Origin: Azolla caroliniana
Taxonomy: Eukaryota > Plantae > Polypodiophyta
Reading direction: 5' to 3'
DNA length: 64,000 nt
Assembly: GCA_043228905.1 (NCBI GenBank)
Contig: JBHGNT010000003.1
Coordinates: forward strand, 3,782,001 to 3,846,000
Shown: positions 47,871-61,158 of the stretch, one piece after another
Numbering within the stretch: position 1 is the stretch's first letter
Layout of the letters: each line of letters starts with the position of its first letter
Translations under genes and position numbers: made by a program
The notes under the pieces: model-generated
What the model saw: the letters and a program-made list of their open reading frames with translations, nothing else
The model's database searches: none
Told to the model about the DNA's origin: nothing

Positions 47871-50800
47871 ATGACCTCCCTTCGGCGCAGGAAACCATAT
47901 CCAGCTTCTGCACAGGCAGAAGAAGAAGAAGAAGAAGAAGAAGAAGACAGAGGAGGAGATGCAGATGAGGGGAGGAAGCCATATCTGGCCTCTGCACATG
48001 TACAACAAGAAGAAAAGAAGACATTTCTAGCTTCACTGAAAAGAGGAGAAGGAAGACAAGGAGAAGAAGAAGACAAAGATGAAGACGAAGACGAAGACGA
48101 GTCAGAGGAAGAAGAAGAAGAAGAGGGGGAAGAAGAAAAAGAAGAGGAGGAAGAAGAAGGAGGGGGAGGGAGAGGGGGAGGAAATGAAGAAATCCAAGAG
48201 GTCAAAGCTTCTCAAATTTCTTCTCTTGACGAAGAAGAAGATAGGAAAAAGAAGAAGACGAATAATCTTCAGATTAAGCATCAGAGTGATAATCCTTCTT
48301 CTTCTTACCTTAATAATGTACCTGAGGAAAGAAGTGCTCATCAGTCCCAACCTTCCTCCATCATTGTGAACGACAATGGCAATTATGACGATGTAAAAGA
48401 CACACTTTCCATAACTAAATCCTCTGCAAAACCTCATGTTTCAAGTACAAGAAAGATTAAGAAGAACTCAAAGAAAATACGCCATTCTTCTAAATGGAAA
48501 TGTATCGACACATGCTGTTGGCTTATAGGATACGTTTGTTGTGTATGGTGGGTGCTCCTGGTGCTTTACAAAGCTTTGCCATCTCTGTCAGAAGCCATAT
48601 CTGGACCACACACTGATCCTCCAGGAGTAATTCTGAAGAAAGAAGGACTGAAATCTCTGCATCCTGTAGTCTTTGTACCTGGAATTGTGACGGGTGGATT
48701 AGAGCTATGGGAAGGCCATCCATGTGCAGAAGGATTATTCAGGAAACGGCTATGGGGAGGGACATTTGGAGATGTATACAAACGGTAAGATATAAGATGT
48801 CATAACGTTGCAAGAATTAAATCAAGGAAATACTTCATAAGTGATTCACCATAGTTTAATGCATACAAAAGGTACGATAGATTTAATAATTCGTTCAATT
48901 GAATCTTTAGATTATATATTCTGATGGTTGTCAGTAAATGATTGCTATAATAAGTGATTCGGATGTAGTTTAATGGAGATGTATGCAAAGAGTAGTTATT
49001 GTAAAGTTTGAGATAAATTTCTACAAAAGCTTCTATGAGAAGCCATACTTTGGAAATGTCTGAAAGGTAAGGTATCTGTAATGCACCACGGAATCTTGAG
49101 ATGGTTTAGTGCTTCATAAAGTCCTCGTTGCCTCATTTGGAGATATCTACAAAAGGTAAGATATGAGCTATAATGCTTCAAGGGAATTTTTAGATTAAAT
49201 GGTTTCTTGCACTTAGTTGGTCATGAGATAATAGTTCAGAAATGAGTGAACTTTGTTGCATCAACTTGGAAAGATATTTGTAATGCCATATCTGGGGACT
49301 TTGTATGGCATCAATTCAAGGCTTGCAAGCTTTAGATCATGGAATACCTCATAAATGATTGCATTTTACTGCATCGTCATCCTTACTTTGGAAAGATAAC
49401 CGACATAGTGCTACAAGTGAGAACATTAGATGATATAGTTAAATGTTTGCTAGAATTAGGTAAAGAAAATATATCATTTAGATGATATGGTTTAACATTG
49501 CAAGAATAAGGTCAATGAAATACTTCATAATGTTTGGGAAACCCAAAATAGCGTTGTTGCATCCATACTATACTGTATACAATTCACGATACTTGGGAAA
49601 GATGGTGTAGCTATACATATATGGATCTAGATTAGATGATATGGTTTAATGGTTCCATAAAGTCCTTTTTGGAGATATTTGCACAAGGTTAGGTATATGC
49701 AATCTTGCAAGCGAAGCTTAATTAGATGATAATCTGCCAGAATTCGCTTAAGAAATACTTCATAAGTGATCCCTATGGTCTGCAAACCTTCAGTGACAAG
49801 CATTAATGTTGCATGTGTGGAACCAAATTACATGAGATGGTTAAATTTTTGCAAGATATAGGTGTAGTTACTAGTATAATAATACAAGATCTAGGTTGAG
49901 AAATATTTAAATGATTCACTATAAATATGTATGTCTTATCATGCCAGTCCAAGCGAAGGCATTTTTATGTCCATCTCAAAAGGTCGTTGATATTACTTGG
50001 GGTAGTTATTTTCTTCACAAAATGTTGGGAATTCTCTTTGATTTCTTGTTGTTATATGTATTTGTATAAAGATTCTTACAAACAGAAGATATCTTAAGAG
50101 GCTTAATTAGACTGAACAAGAGTTTGGATTTCTGAAAAATGTAGTGATGTCTTGAAGAACAACAAACAAAATTAAACAGAATAACTTGTAATTTCTAAGG
50201 TTTTATTTGCATATTATGTGCAAACATTTTATTGTGGGTTTCTCTTATTGTACGTTTCTTCTCTTTCAGGCCTTTTTGCTGGTTGACCCATATGGCGCTG
50301 GACAACATAACTGGATTGGATCCAGAAGGTTTAAAAGTAAGGCCCGTCTCTGGTCTAGTAGCAGCTGATTACTTTGTAGGGGGTTTTTTCGTCTGGGCTA
50401 TTCTGATACAGAATCTCGCGAAGATAGGTTATGAAGAAAAGAATCTGCATATGGCTGCTTATGACTGGCGTCTCTCTTTCCAAAACACAGAGGTCTTTGG
50501 CTAACCATTTACAACAAAAAACATAAACGACAGTGATAATCTTATTGAACAAAAAATTTGAAAATCCTCCGAGTTTTTCTTTATTTCCCCAAATGCCCCT
50601 GGTCACCCCTAGAAGAGAGAAAACGGGAGTGATTTCCCCATATACATGAACAAATAGCTCGTGTAAATGAGAGAATTGGATGAACTTAACATATAATTGC
50701 TCATAAGGGGTTTGATCAGCAGAATAACAAAAACTTAGGGGTCTTTTGGGGAAATAAAGAAAACTGAAGGGGTACTCTGGAGTTTTTTCCCTGAAATGTT

Positions 50801-53684
50801 TTGGTTATTACTTATCATCCTTTGTTTTTGTTGCAAACAGTACCGTGACAAGACTTTGAGCAGACTGAAGAGTACCATTGAGTTACTTGTTCAAACAAAT
50901 GGAGGGAATAAGATAGTGGCAGTACCACATTCAATGGGAACTCTCTATTTCATGCATTTCATGAAATGGGTTGAAGCTCCATTACCCATGGGTGGTGGTG
51001 GAGGCCCTGATTGGTGTGCCAAACACATAAAATCTGTTATGAATATAGCTGGACCCTTGCTTGGTGTTCCAAAAGCTTTATCTGGTATCTTCTCTGCTGA
51101 AGCAAAAGACATTGCAGTAGCCAGGTACTTTATATAATTAGAATTGTCTAATATTTTAAACTTGTTTGGGGCGGCTATCTCTATGCTGCTCAGAAACTGA
51201 AATAAAGTGCTAATTCTTAATTTTATAAATAGTTATGGAAGGGTTTAGGTTAACGAAGGCAATTCTAAGCCAAGGGTTCCTGGGGATAATCCTGGGCTGT
51301 AGGCTCTAGATGTGATTCCTTATTTTCTTTGGATCTAAGATACCTAAAGAAGATGATCCATAGGTTGCAATGTTCATCCTTGATTTACAGACGAGCTGCT
51401 CACATCTGATATGTGATTCAGCCACACTAATCGCCCTCAGATGTAGCAATAATTATGTTTTATGATATTCTTGGTTTTTTGAATATCTCATAGTCTTGCC
51501 TCGTGATGGATGATGAGTAGGAACACCTATGGTTCATTCTTCCTAGTTTTGTAATAAAAATTCCCATTCTTGGCTCACAAAACTTATTCCTTGGTATTCA
51601 GACAAGTTGTGTATATGTAATATGTGATTCGGCCATTCCATTGACTCTCGGATGTATTGGTATTTATGTTTTATGATTTTCATGGTTTTAAGAATATCTC
51701 ATGGTGTGTATCTGATACATTATGAGTAGGAACACATGTGGTTCATTCCTCCCCTAGTTTTCTAATAAAGCTCCATTGTCCAGCGAAGAAGTAATCCGTA
51801 GTGGATGATTACACTGTGCAAAGTAGATGAAGGTTAAATATCTGGTGTGGAGCTCATAATTTCTTCTTACTCATATAGGGCTATAGCTCCAGGTCTGATG
51901 GATTCAGAAGCACTTGGTATACAAACTCTCCAACATATCATGCATGTGGCTCGAAGTTGGGATTCAGTTATGTCCATGATTCCCAAGGGTGGGGAGGTGA
52001 TATGGGGAGGCATGGATTGGTCACCCGAAGATGGTTTTGAATGCCATACGAAACAGAGTGGAAGCAATGGGAGAAAAAGACATGATTCTACAAGGAACAG
52101 AAAGAAGGCAAATGAAACTCGTTATGGGAGACTGATCTCATTTGGCAACGATGTTGCTGAAATTAGCAAACCATTCAAGGTTTGTAACTAGTGTACTTTT
52201 GGTTCTTAGTTGAAAGGCTTGATAATCATAGCATCTTAAAATGCTATTTTCATTTCATGTTAAAGGTTATTCAAGGTTTGTAATTAGTGCAGATTTGCTC
52301 TTTAATTGAAAAAGCTTGATAACTCTAGTGGCTTAAGATTTTATTTTTGTTTCATCACATAAAATGTTAATTTTCTTCTCATTATAGAAAATGGTGTTTT
52401 TCTTTCCATTATAGCCTGTGAGAAGTGGTATGCCCATAAGTGTGAATTATTCGTGTGGAGATCCATGGACAGAGTATCATGAGATGAGCCTTGAAAACAT
52501 TCACGACGTTGCAGAGCATGAAGTGTTTACTGCAGACACCGTGCCAGATCTTTTGAGGTATGTGGCACCTGCAATGATGCAGCGAGGAGAGGCTCAATTC
52601 TCTCATGGACTTGCCGAAGACCTTGATGATCCTAAATACCAACATTTCAAGTATTGGTCGAATCCGTTAGAAACTAGGTAAGCATTACATATTACTACTG
52701 CATTCATTAATAAAAATGTGGTATCAAGGTTTCCTCTAAGAAATGTATGATAATGTTTAACAAGGTTGGCTATTCTTACCCTCGATTCATAGTTGATCTT
52801 TAGATTTTCTTTCCCATGATCATGATACCCTCGATTCATAGTTGATCTTTAGATTTTCTTTCCCATGATCATGATTATATAGCAAAATCACGCCAATTGG
52901 TTTACAATCAAGGCCATATTAAAGGGTGCTTAATTTCCTCAATGAACAGAAGTTCAAGTTTAAAAATTGTTAGCAAGTGTGGCTAGCAAATTGAAATAAA
53001 AATCAATAAAAGCCTAGTTGACCATAACGAGTAATTAGCCAATGTTTTCAAATGTTTTACCGAATATGCAAATGTTAGCACCTACATGGGCAATCCCAGT
53101 ACTGACCCTGAGAAATAGATGTATATGAATGGGCTGGGTGTTTTACTGAAAGAGTTAATATATATTTTTTTGTATGTTTCTTTTATGTTGGAAGGTTGCC
53201 AAATGCTCCCGACATGGAGGTTTATTGTATGTATGGGGTGGGCCTAATGACAGAGAGAGCATATGTATACAAGCTCTCACCACATCTAGAAACATGTCAC
53301 ATACCATTTCGGATTGATACAACCATACATGGAGATTCAGATGAAGATACATGCCTCAAGGGGGGCACTAGGTTTGTGGACGGGGATGAGACTGTTCCAG
53401 TGTTAAGTGCGGGTTTCATGTGTGCCAAAGGATGGCGTGGCCACACTCGATTCAATCCTTCAGGGTCAGCAACATTTGTGAGAGAATATGAGCACGATCC
53501 ACCATCGAATTTGCTCGAAGGACGAGGTACTCAGAGCAGTTCACATGTTGATATAATGGGGAATTTTGCGTTGATTGAAGATATCATGAGGGTTGCCGCT
53601 GGTGCGTCAGGAGAGGAGATTGGAGGTGATCAGATCTACTCGGATATCTTGAAGTGGGCTGACAGAATCCCACTCAAACTGTAA
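47871..53684 (+). CDS. PDAT: Phospholipid:diacylglycerol acyltransferase (LCAT family), ~824 aa
   Basis: Six GT-AG exons in frame: 47871-48784, 50270-50492, 50841-51124, 51879-52179, 52415-52677, 53195-53684. Motifs LRRRK, WKCIDTCCW plus TM helix, HPVVFVPGIVTGGLELWEG, AAYDWRL, VPHSMG, WSNPLE, DGDETVP, HVDIMGN. Confidence 0.95.
50567..50772. mobile_element. MITE-like element in PDAT intron 2
   Basis: Imperfect ~35-bp inverted repeats: gagtttttctttatttccccaaatgcccct and aggggtcttttggggaaataaagaaaactg; TSD not resolved. Confidence 0.6.
51410..51770. repeat. Diverged direct duplication (period ~211 bp) in PDAT intron 3
   Basis: atgtgattc.gcca...ttatgttttatgat...gaatatctcat...atgagtaggaacac...ggttcattc occurs twice. 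Confidence 0.75.
52778..52875. repeat. 49-bp tandem duplication in PDAT intron 5
   Basis: accctcgattcatagttgatctttagattttctttcccatgatcatgat x2. Confidence 0.9.
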
Positions 53685-53830
53685 ACTTTAGATGGTGTTC
53701 ATTCTTTTCAGTCACTATTTGTAATAACTCATCATGATGCATAATAATTAAATGCTAATGTATCTAGAACGTAAATATTGTATTTCTATTTATTTATCTT
53801 ACCCTATGTAAGATAATAAAACATCGGGGT

Positions 53831-54210
53831 TGGCCACACTTGATTCAATCCTTTGGGGTCGGCAACATTTGTTAGAGAATATAAGGACACTCCACCATCG
53901 AATTTACTCGAAAGACAAGGTACTCAGAGTAGTTCACATGTTGATATAATGGGGAATTTTGCGTGGATTAAAGATATCATTAAGGTTGCTGCTGGTGCGT
54001 TAGGAGAGGAGATTGGAGGTGATCGGATCTACTCAGATATCGTGAAGTGAGCTACCAGAAGCCACTCAAACTGTAAACTTGTGATGCTGTTCATTCTTTT
54101 CAGTCATTATTTGTAATAATATATCATGATGTATAATAATTAGATGCTGATATCTGGAATATAAATCTGTGTATCATTTATCTTTACCCTACGTACGGTA
54201 ATAAAACATC
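53831..54210 (+). pseudogene. Tandem partial duplicate of the PDAT last-exon 3' part and 3' UTR
   Basis: Copy of ~53438-53824 (GSATFVREY...HVDIMGNFA) with substitutions and TGG>TGA. Confidence 0.9.
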
Positions 54211-55650
54211 TTGTACATTAATATAATAATTAAAACAACTATCTTGGTATTTTATTAACATTACTGCCTTGAAATGTATAACACAAACTCTGTATTTATT
54301 TATTGTTATTTCAATGAACACATTCCTTTGCATTTTGATATTGGAACCTCTTAAGTTTGAAGCCTAGCCATGTTTCATCTTTGTGTTCATCGTTTGAAAT
54401 TATAGTTTTGGTCAATGAAATGATGCATACTTGTCCAGAGGTTCCAAGTCCCAGTTCCAACAAACTGTGCACAATGCATGCTCACATGTACTTTGTGATG
54501 TTCCAAACTCCTGTCTCTGTTTTTATGGATGATGATCTTAGATCTGACTCTATACTAAAAAGCTACTTGGCACGCTTCATATCCAAGATCTACACCTACA
54601 TGAGTAGATGACCACGCAATGAGAGTTTTTCATCACAAATACTGAAGATATCAAAAGGTAAAAATTCCTCATTCGCACACTATTTGCTTTTGCTGATATG
54701 GTCATATATATGCGTGAAATGTCCTAATACTCTAATAAATCTCAAGAAAGGATTGTACATGTAAAGAAATCCTCAACTTGAGGTTAATAACTCTCATTCA
54801 ATTAACTAATAACTCTCTAACTTTGAGGAATCTATCATATCTTGCCCTTTAAGTTAACCTAACGGTGAGTAGATAATGATCTTTGTTTGATATTTGCAGT
54901 TGATCCTCAATTGATCTTGGCTGGTTCAAGTGGAAGCTAAGTTTAGAATGCCAGCATATGATAAATCTAGGTGTGATGCACTTTAACCTATGACTAAAGG
55001 TGTATGTATCAAAGGGAGAAAGGAGGTCTTTGTCGGCTAGAGAAAGTATCACTTGAAGCATGGTATGCTAGGTTCCACATCAATGGAGGTAAAACTGACG
55101 GTGATATTTGTCCAAACTCTACAAAATGATGCAGTGCCAATTTGCTTGACAAAGTCAAGATGGGTGGATACTGGTTAATAGGAGAATTAAGGGCATAATG
55201 AATGTCGTTGGCTATTAGTTCTTTTTCTTATTGCTAACTTGATTCTCCCCTTTGATTTAAGTTTGTTGCTTGTAAGAGCTTATATAGCCGACAAGGATTA
55301 ATATAGAGGTGTGCCGACAAGGAATAATGGTTCAATGATAATTCCTCATATTAGACCTAAATAATAACCCATCTTTAATCCTTCTTCATCCTACTTCTAT
55401 ACCCTTGGTCACACAAAACTCCTCTCATCACATCACGTAGTGGAGCTCCATGAAAGGACTATATTCTCACATACGAGACATGTGCGAGTGTGCACACGAA
55501 CACCCATATACACACACGTGCACGTGCATTCACAAGATGCACATAAGATATCACTACACCAAGCTTATATCCACATTGTTTTTTCCATGGTGTTCTGTTT
55601 CTCCTCGTCATGCATTAGCATCATGTGAATTTTGCTTTGCCTTTTGAATG

Positions 55651-57518
55651 GGTTCATTTGCTTTCCTTTGCTAATAGTCATTTGAATCATGTGCTATTAG
55701 ACATTCATTCTTCTTTCACACTCAACCTTGGAATTGCACTGTATCCTTTGCTTTCCATTAGTTTCACACTTTGGCCATTCCTGTGGTGCTTGGCCTTTTG
55801 ATAACAAGGAGCTTACTATAGCTCTTATTGGTAAGAATATACAGAACTTTGAGTTCAGGTCTATGCAAATGTAATATCGTAAACTTTGATTCCCCTTGAT
55901 AATCATAGCGTGTTCAAGGTTGAAAACTCAAAGGTACCAACCCCATCATTCAAAGCAACGTGACCGATGTGAGAGTTGTAGAAGAGATTTTGGAATTGAA
56001 GTCAAAACTAACAATAAGCACTAGGTTCATTTGCTTTCCTTTGCTAATAGTCATTTGAATCATGTGCTATTAGACATTCATTCTTCTTTCACACTCAACC
56101 TTGGAATTGCACTGTATCCTTTGCTTTCCATTAGTTTCACACTTTGGCCATTCCTGTGGTGCTTGGCCTTTTGATAACAAGGAGCTTACTATAGCTCTTA
56201 TTGGTAAGAATATACAGAACTTTGAGTTCAGGTCTATGCAAATGTAATATCGTAAACTTTGATTCCCCTTGATAATCATAGCGTGTTCAAGGTTGAAAAC
56301 TCAAAGGTACCAACCCCATCATTCAAAGCAACGTGACCGATGTGAGAGTTGTAGAAGAGATTTTGGAATTGAAGTCAAAACTAACAATAAGCACTAGGTT
56401 CATTTGCTTTCCTTTGCTAATAGTCATTTGAATCATGTGCTATTAGACATTCATTCTTCTTTCACACTCAACCTTGGAATTGCACTGTATCCTTTGCTTT
56501 CCATTAGTTTCACACTTTGGCCATTCCTGTGGTGCTTGGCCTTTTGATAACAAGGAGCTTACTATAGCTCTTATTGGTAAGAATATACAGAACTTTGAGT
56601 TCAGGTCTATGCAAATGTAATATCGTAAACTTTGATTCCCCTTGATAATCATAGCGTGTTCAAGGTTGAAAACTCAAAGGTACCAACCCCATCATTCAAA
56701 GCAACGTGACCGATGTGAGAGTTGTAGAAGAGATTTTGGAATTGAAGTCAAAACTAACAATAAGCACTAGGTTCATTTGCTTTCCTTTGCTAATAGTCAT
56801 TTGAATCATGTGCTATTAGACATTCATTCTTCTTTCACACTCAACCTTGGAATTGCACTGTATCCTTTGCTTTCCATTAGTTTCACACTTTGGCCATTCC
56901 TGTGGTGCTTGGCCTTTTGATAACAAGGAGCTTACTATAGCTCTTATTGGTAAGAATATACAGAACTTTGAGTTCAGGTCTATGCAAATGTAATATCGTA
57001 AACTTTGATTCCCCTTGATAATCATAGCGTGTTCAAGGTTGAAAACTCAAAGGTACCAACCCCATCATTCAAAGCAACGTGACCGATGTGAGAGTTGTAG
57101 AAGAGATTTTGGAATTGAAGTCAAAACTAACAATAAGCACTAGGTTCATTTGCTTTCCTTTGCTAATAGTCATTTGAATCATGTGCTATTAGACATTCAT
57201 TCTTCTTTCACACTCAACCTTGGAATTGCACTGTATCCTTTGCTTTCCATTAGTTTCACACTTTGGCCATTCCTGTGGTGCTTGGCCTTTTGATAACAAG
57301 GAGCTTACTATAGCTCTTATTGGTAAGAATATACAGAACTTTGAGTTCAGGTCTATGCAAATGTAATATCGTAAACTTTGATTCCCCTTGATAATCATAG
57401 CGTGTTCAAGGTTGAAAACTCAAAGGTACCAACCCCATCATTCAAAGCAACGTGACCGATGTGAGAGTTGTAGAAGAGATTTTGGAATTGAAGTCAAAAC
57501 TAACAATAAGCACTAGGT
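55651..57518. repeat. Five tandem 373-bp units, apparently identical
   Basis: Units start at 55651, 56024, 56397, 56770 and 57143; the same 69-aa ORF recurs five times in the ORF track. Confidence 0.97.
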
Positions 57519-58302
57519 ACTTTTTTCATGCACTGTTTTGTTATTTCCTTAACATAGATGTGTGTTTCATATCAGCTTCAAAGGCTAGATTTCCCATTAA
57601 CAAACATTAATACCTCTTTTTTGTTATTATTTAATGGTAAGATTAGACTTGCAATTACTCCTGCATTGTGTTTATCCACATTTGGAGGAACACTTACGAA
57701 AGATTTGCCTCTTTGACTAGTGTTACATTGTCTAACTAAGGTTAGATTCATATGATGCTTCAATTTAATGCCTTTCAAGTAGTCTACACAGTACGTGTTA
57801 GTAAAATCCGGGATATGTTAGGCAGGCCCTGTATAAATGAGATTTGAATCATCCAGTGCTATGTTAATGCAGGAAGGGTGACTCCATACATGTTAGATGT
57901 AGGTCTTTAAATCCCTTCATGCACGAGGACCTAATTGGTTTTAGAACTCAACTGTGGTACTGAAGGCATCTAAACCCACTGATGGATTTCCCTGAAGGCA
58001 TCTAAACATACATAAATCGAGTCGATAACAACACTTCCTTAATTAATGAGCCTGCTTGTTTCTTCCAATTCCTTTAAACACGAACCTTCTCAAACAAGAA
58101 GCATCTGTATCCCTTGAATTTTGTAAGACATTTCCTATCCATGAGAGATCTTCATACCACTTATTAAAAAACTTCTCTTCAAAAAGGACCTCCACATTAT
58201 GTTCGAAAAACTATAGATTCCTCATTCAGAAAATCATTAAGACATTGATCTGTATAACTTACTGTAATGAATTTATGAACGAATAAATGAGATATGTAGA
58301 AT

Positions 58303-61158
58303 TCAGAGATCTGAATCAAATCCTATGTTCCAAAACCCTTCAGGAGTCGATGGAGGGACATATCGATACCGATGACGAGATACATAATTATGGTGTTCAC
58401 ATCTTGCTGTACCAGAAGAACCATTATTCATAAGCACAGCATCATAAAATTTCTTGCATTGATTACACTCCACTCCTTGAAGTTTCTCCCTTTCATCTTT
58501 CTTCCTCACTGGTTCAATATACTTGTACATTGGGCCTGGTTTGGATGAAGAGGGAAGCTTTGCTCTGCTAAAAATGTGCTTGTGAGTATTACTATCGGTC
58601 TTATCGATTCCCAAAGGTTCAACATTTGGTCTATCTCTTTTAAGCTTAAGATTGGACATTGCTGAGGGTTGACGAATTGCTTCCGGTTTCTCCTCTTCAT
58701 GCTTCTCACTCGTATTCTCATTCTCATTTTCATCAAAGCCATTTCCATCACCAACAGGTGCCTGAGTGGTGACTTGACTAAAGGAGACACTATTCACTCC
58801 ACAATCCACATGATGCCTGCTCTTACCATTTTGATAGAGGGTGTTAATATCACCACTACTTTTCATTGCTTTATCTGTATTTCCGTTAAGAACATTCTCA
58901 AGAGGAGTATTGAGGAAGTCATCATGAGGATCGAAACCTGTTTGCTCAGTCCTTGTGTTTCGCCATTTTGTCTTCAAGCTCTTCACTGACTTAGAGTAGG
59001 AATCACCGGAGAGAGCTCGTTTTTGTACAGGAAGCCATCCATTTTCCATTGCTTTCTGATAATATTTCACTTCATTGTTTACTTGCTGTATAGACATTCT
59101 CATGGGAGCAAAAGATGTTGTAGGTATTTGACTTCCCTGACTGTGTCTACTTCTCCCTGGGGAGCAAGATTCCATTCCTTGTACCAAAATATCATCATTA
59201 CATGTATTGGAATTCGGTTCTAGCACATTGAACTGAGAGACACTGACCGATCCTACTTGGCTTGCTTTGTCCAAATCTATCATTCTGTTTTCGATCACAT
59301 TTTCTTGATGCAGATCCTTATTGTCACTCTTCTCCACATTGGCTAAATCCAGAATCATATCATCATAATGATCATTCTCGTTTTCTGGGCAAGGATGATT
59401 ATCAGTATTCTCAATTTGAACAGGCTCTGGGCTTTTTGGAGGGCTACAGTGAGCAAATGTAGTGATGGCTTCTCCTTTGAGCATGGGTTTTTCATGTTTC
59501 AACCCAAAATGTACTTGATTTACCTGTAATTTCGGCTTTCTGGCAGGAACACATGGTTCCTGATCTGAATCATCCTCATTTTCCATTAGATTAAAAGGAT
59601 TCAAGCTTGAAGATTCAGTGCCATTTTTAACGCTTTTACAGTCAGAGGTTTCTTTTGCATCTTCAATATCTGCAAATATGTCACAAATCCGTCAATTAAA
59701 AATGGATTTTTCAAAGATTATATTCCCATTTTAGTAGAGACCTTAATCGTTAAGCAACTAGATCAAGAGTTAGTTTAATTAAAGCATAAAGAAACCAGGA
59801 TCATAAAGATTACCATTGTGTGTATGTGTTTGATCTTTTGCATCTCTATGATGATGATGATCTTTCTTCTCACAAATGCTCACAACGTCTGTATCCTTAT
59901 GATGCATTCCCATAGGATGGGTTCTTCGAAAGAGAACAATATATTGCTTCCTGAGGCTACGGTAGCTTTTCTTTAAAGCATTGAGCTTGTTAAGCAAAGT
60001 TTGATTTGCGTTTCTTTCCTTTTCGATCTCTGAGGTGAACTGTTTCTTCAGAGAACTACAGCTCATTTCCTCGCTCTTCTTCTTCTCTGAAGACTCGGAT
60101 CCATTTTCTAACGAACCACTCAGAGAAGATGACGAACCCAATTTTGCCTTCAGCATACTTAAATCAGAGGAAAGCTGTGAGCAACGTTTAAGGAGCTCTA
60201 CATTTTCTCGTCTAAGCTTTGAAAAACACTCAGGAGATTCTGAATTTAGTGCTTGAATATTCTGTTCTGATTCTTTAGCTTCTCTAAGGTGGTGATGGAG
60301 TCCATGCATATCAGCGGGCAGATACTCAGATTCGGATTCCACTGCTTGAATATTCCAATTTGAGTTCTTGGCACGAAGCTGTTGTTGAAGGTCATATATC
60401 TCTCTCCGCATAGATGCAGATTCAGATTCTGCCGATTGAATCTTCTCCTTAAATTCTTTATCCTGTTGCATTAGCTGTCTATTAAGTTCATCAATCTGAG
60501 TTCTCAATAGAGATTGATCATCTCGCTTTTTCAACAGAAGATCTCTTTCACTGCGCAGATCATGAAGTTGTTGGAGAAGAACGCGTTTCCGTTTTGACTG
60601 TTGCAAATCTTTAGCTTCTTGGGGAAGATGGTGATCATCATCGCCATCAATCTGAGATCGCAGTAATTCCTTCGTTTTGAGCAGAGAAACTCGTTCATTA
60701 CGCAGATCCTGAAGCTCTTTCAGAACTTCATCGCGTTTGTTCTTCCAGTCTTCAGCTTCTCGAAGAAGCTCGTCAACCTGAGTGCGCAGCAGTAAGCGAT
60801 CGTCGTGTGTTTTCAGAAGAGAATCTCTTTCATCGCGCAGGTCACGAAGCTCCCGCAGAAGAATGGATTCACGTTTGTTCTTCCATTCTACGTTGAAATC
60901 CTTACAAAGCTCCTCCTCCGATATCTTCTCATCTGCATCGTAAGAAGGAGAAGAAGCAGAACATTGACTGATCTTGCTTTGAAAGGCAGGAAAGAGCTGA
61001 TTGCAGAAGACGAGCTCGAGCTGAGAGATACGATCTTTAGCGTCTTCAATGGTGGCAACGAACAAGGTGCAGAGGTTCAAGAAGAATCTGTCTTCCCCTC
61101 CTCCACCTCTTCTGCTTCCTTTTGCTTCTTCGTCTTCGTCCTCTTCGTGCTGATCCAT
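58303..61158 (-). CDS. COM1: COM1/GAMMA RESPONSE 1 (SAE2/CtIP homolog) DNA end-resection factor, ~903 aa
   Basis: Exons 61158-59814 and 59669-58303 (GT-AG, frame preserved); N-terminal LFVATIEDAKDRISQLELVFCNQLFPAFQ; C-terminal YKYIEPVRKK, CNQC, SRHRY, PSTPEGFWNIGF; start codon inferred. Confidence 0.9.

Noticed and set aside
55651-57518. Repeat arrays (373 bp; also 100 bp at 44436-44742) as CRISPR, or the 69-aa ORF as a gene family
   Set aside because: No unique spacers, no cas genes, eukaryotic context; the ORF has no recognisable motif and recurs only because the DNA repeats.
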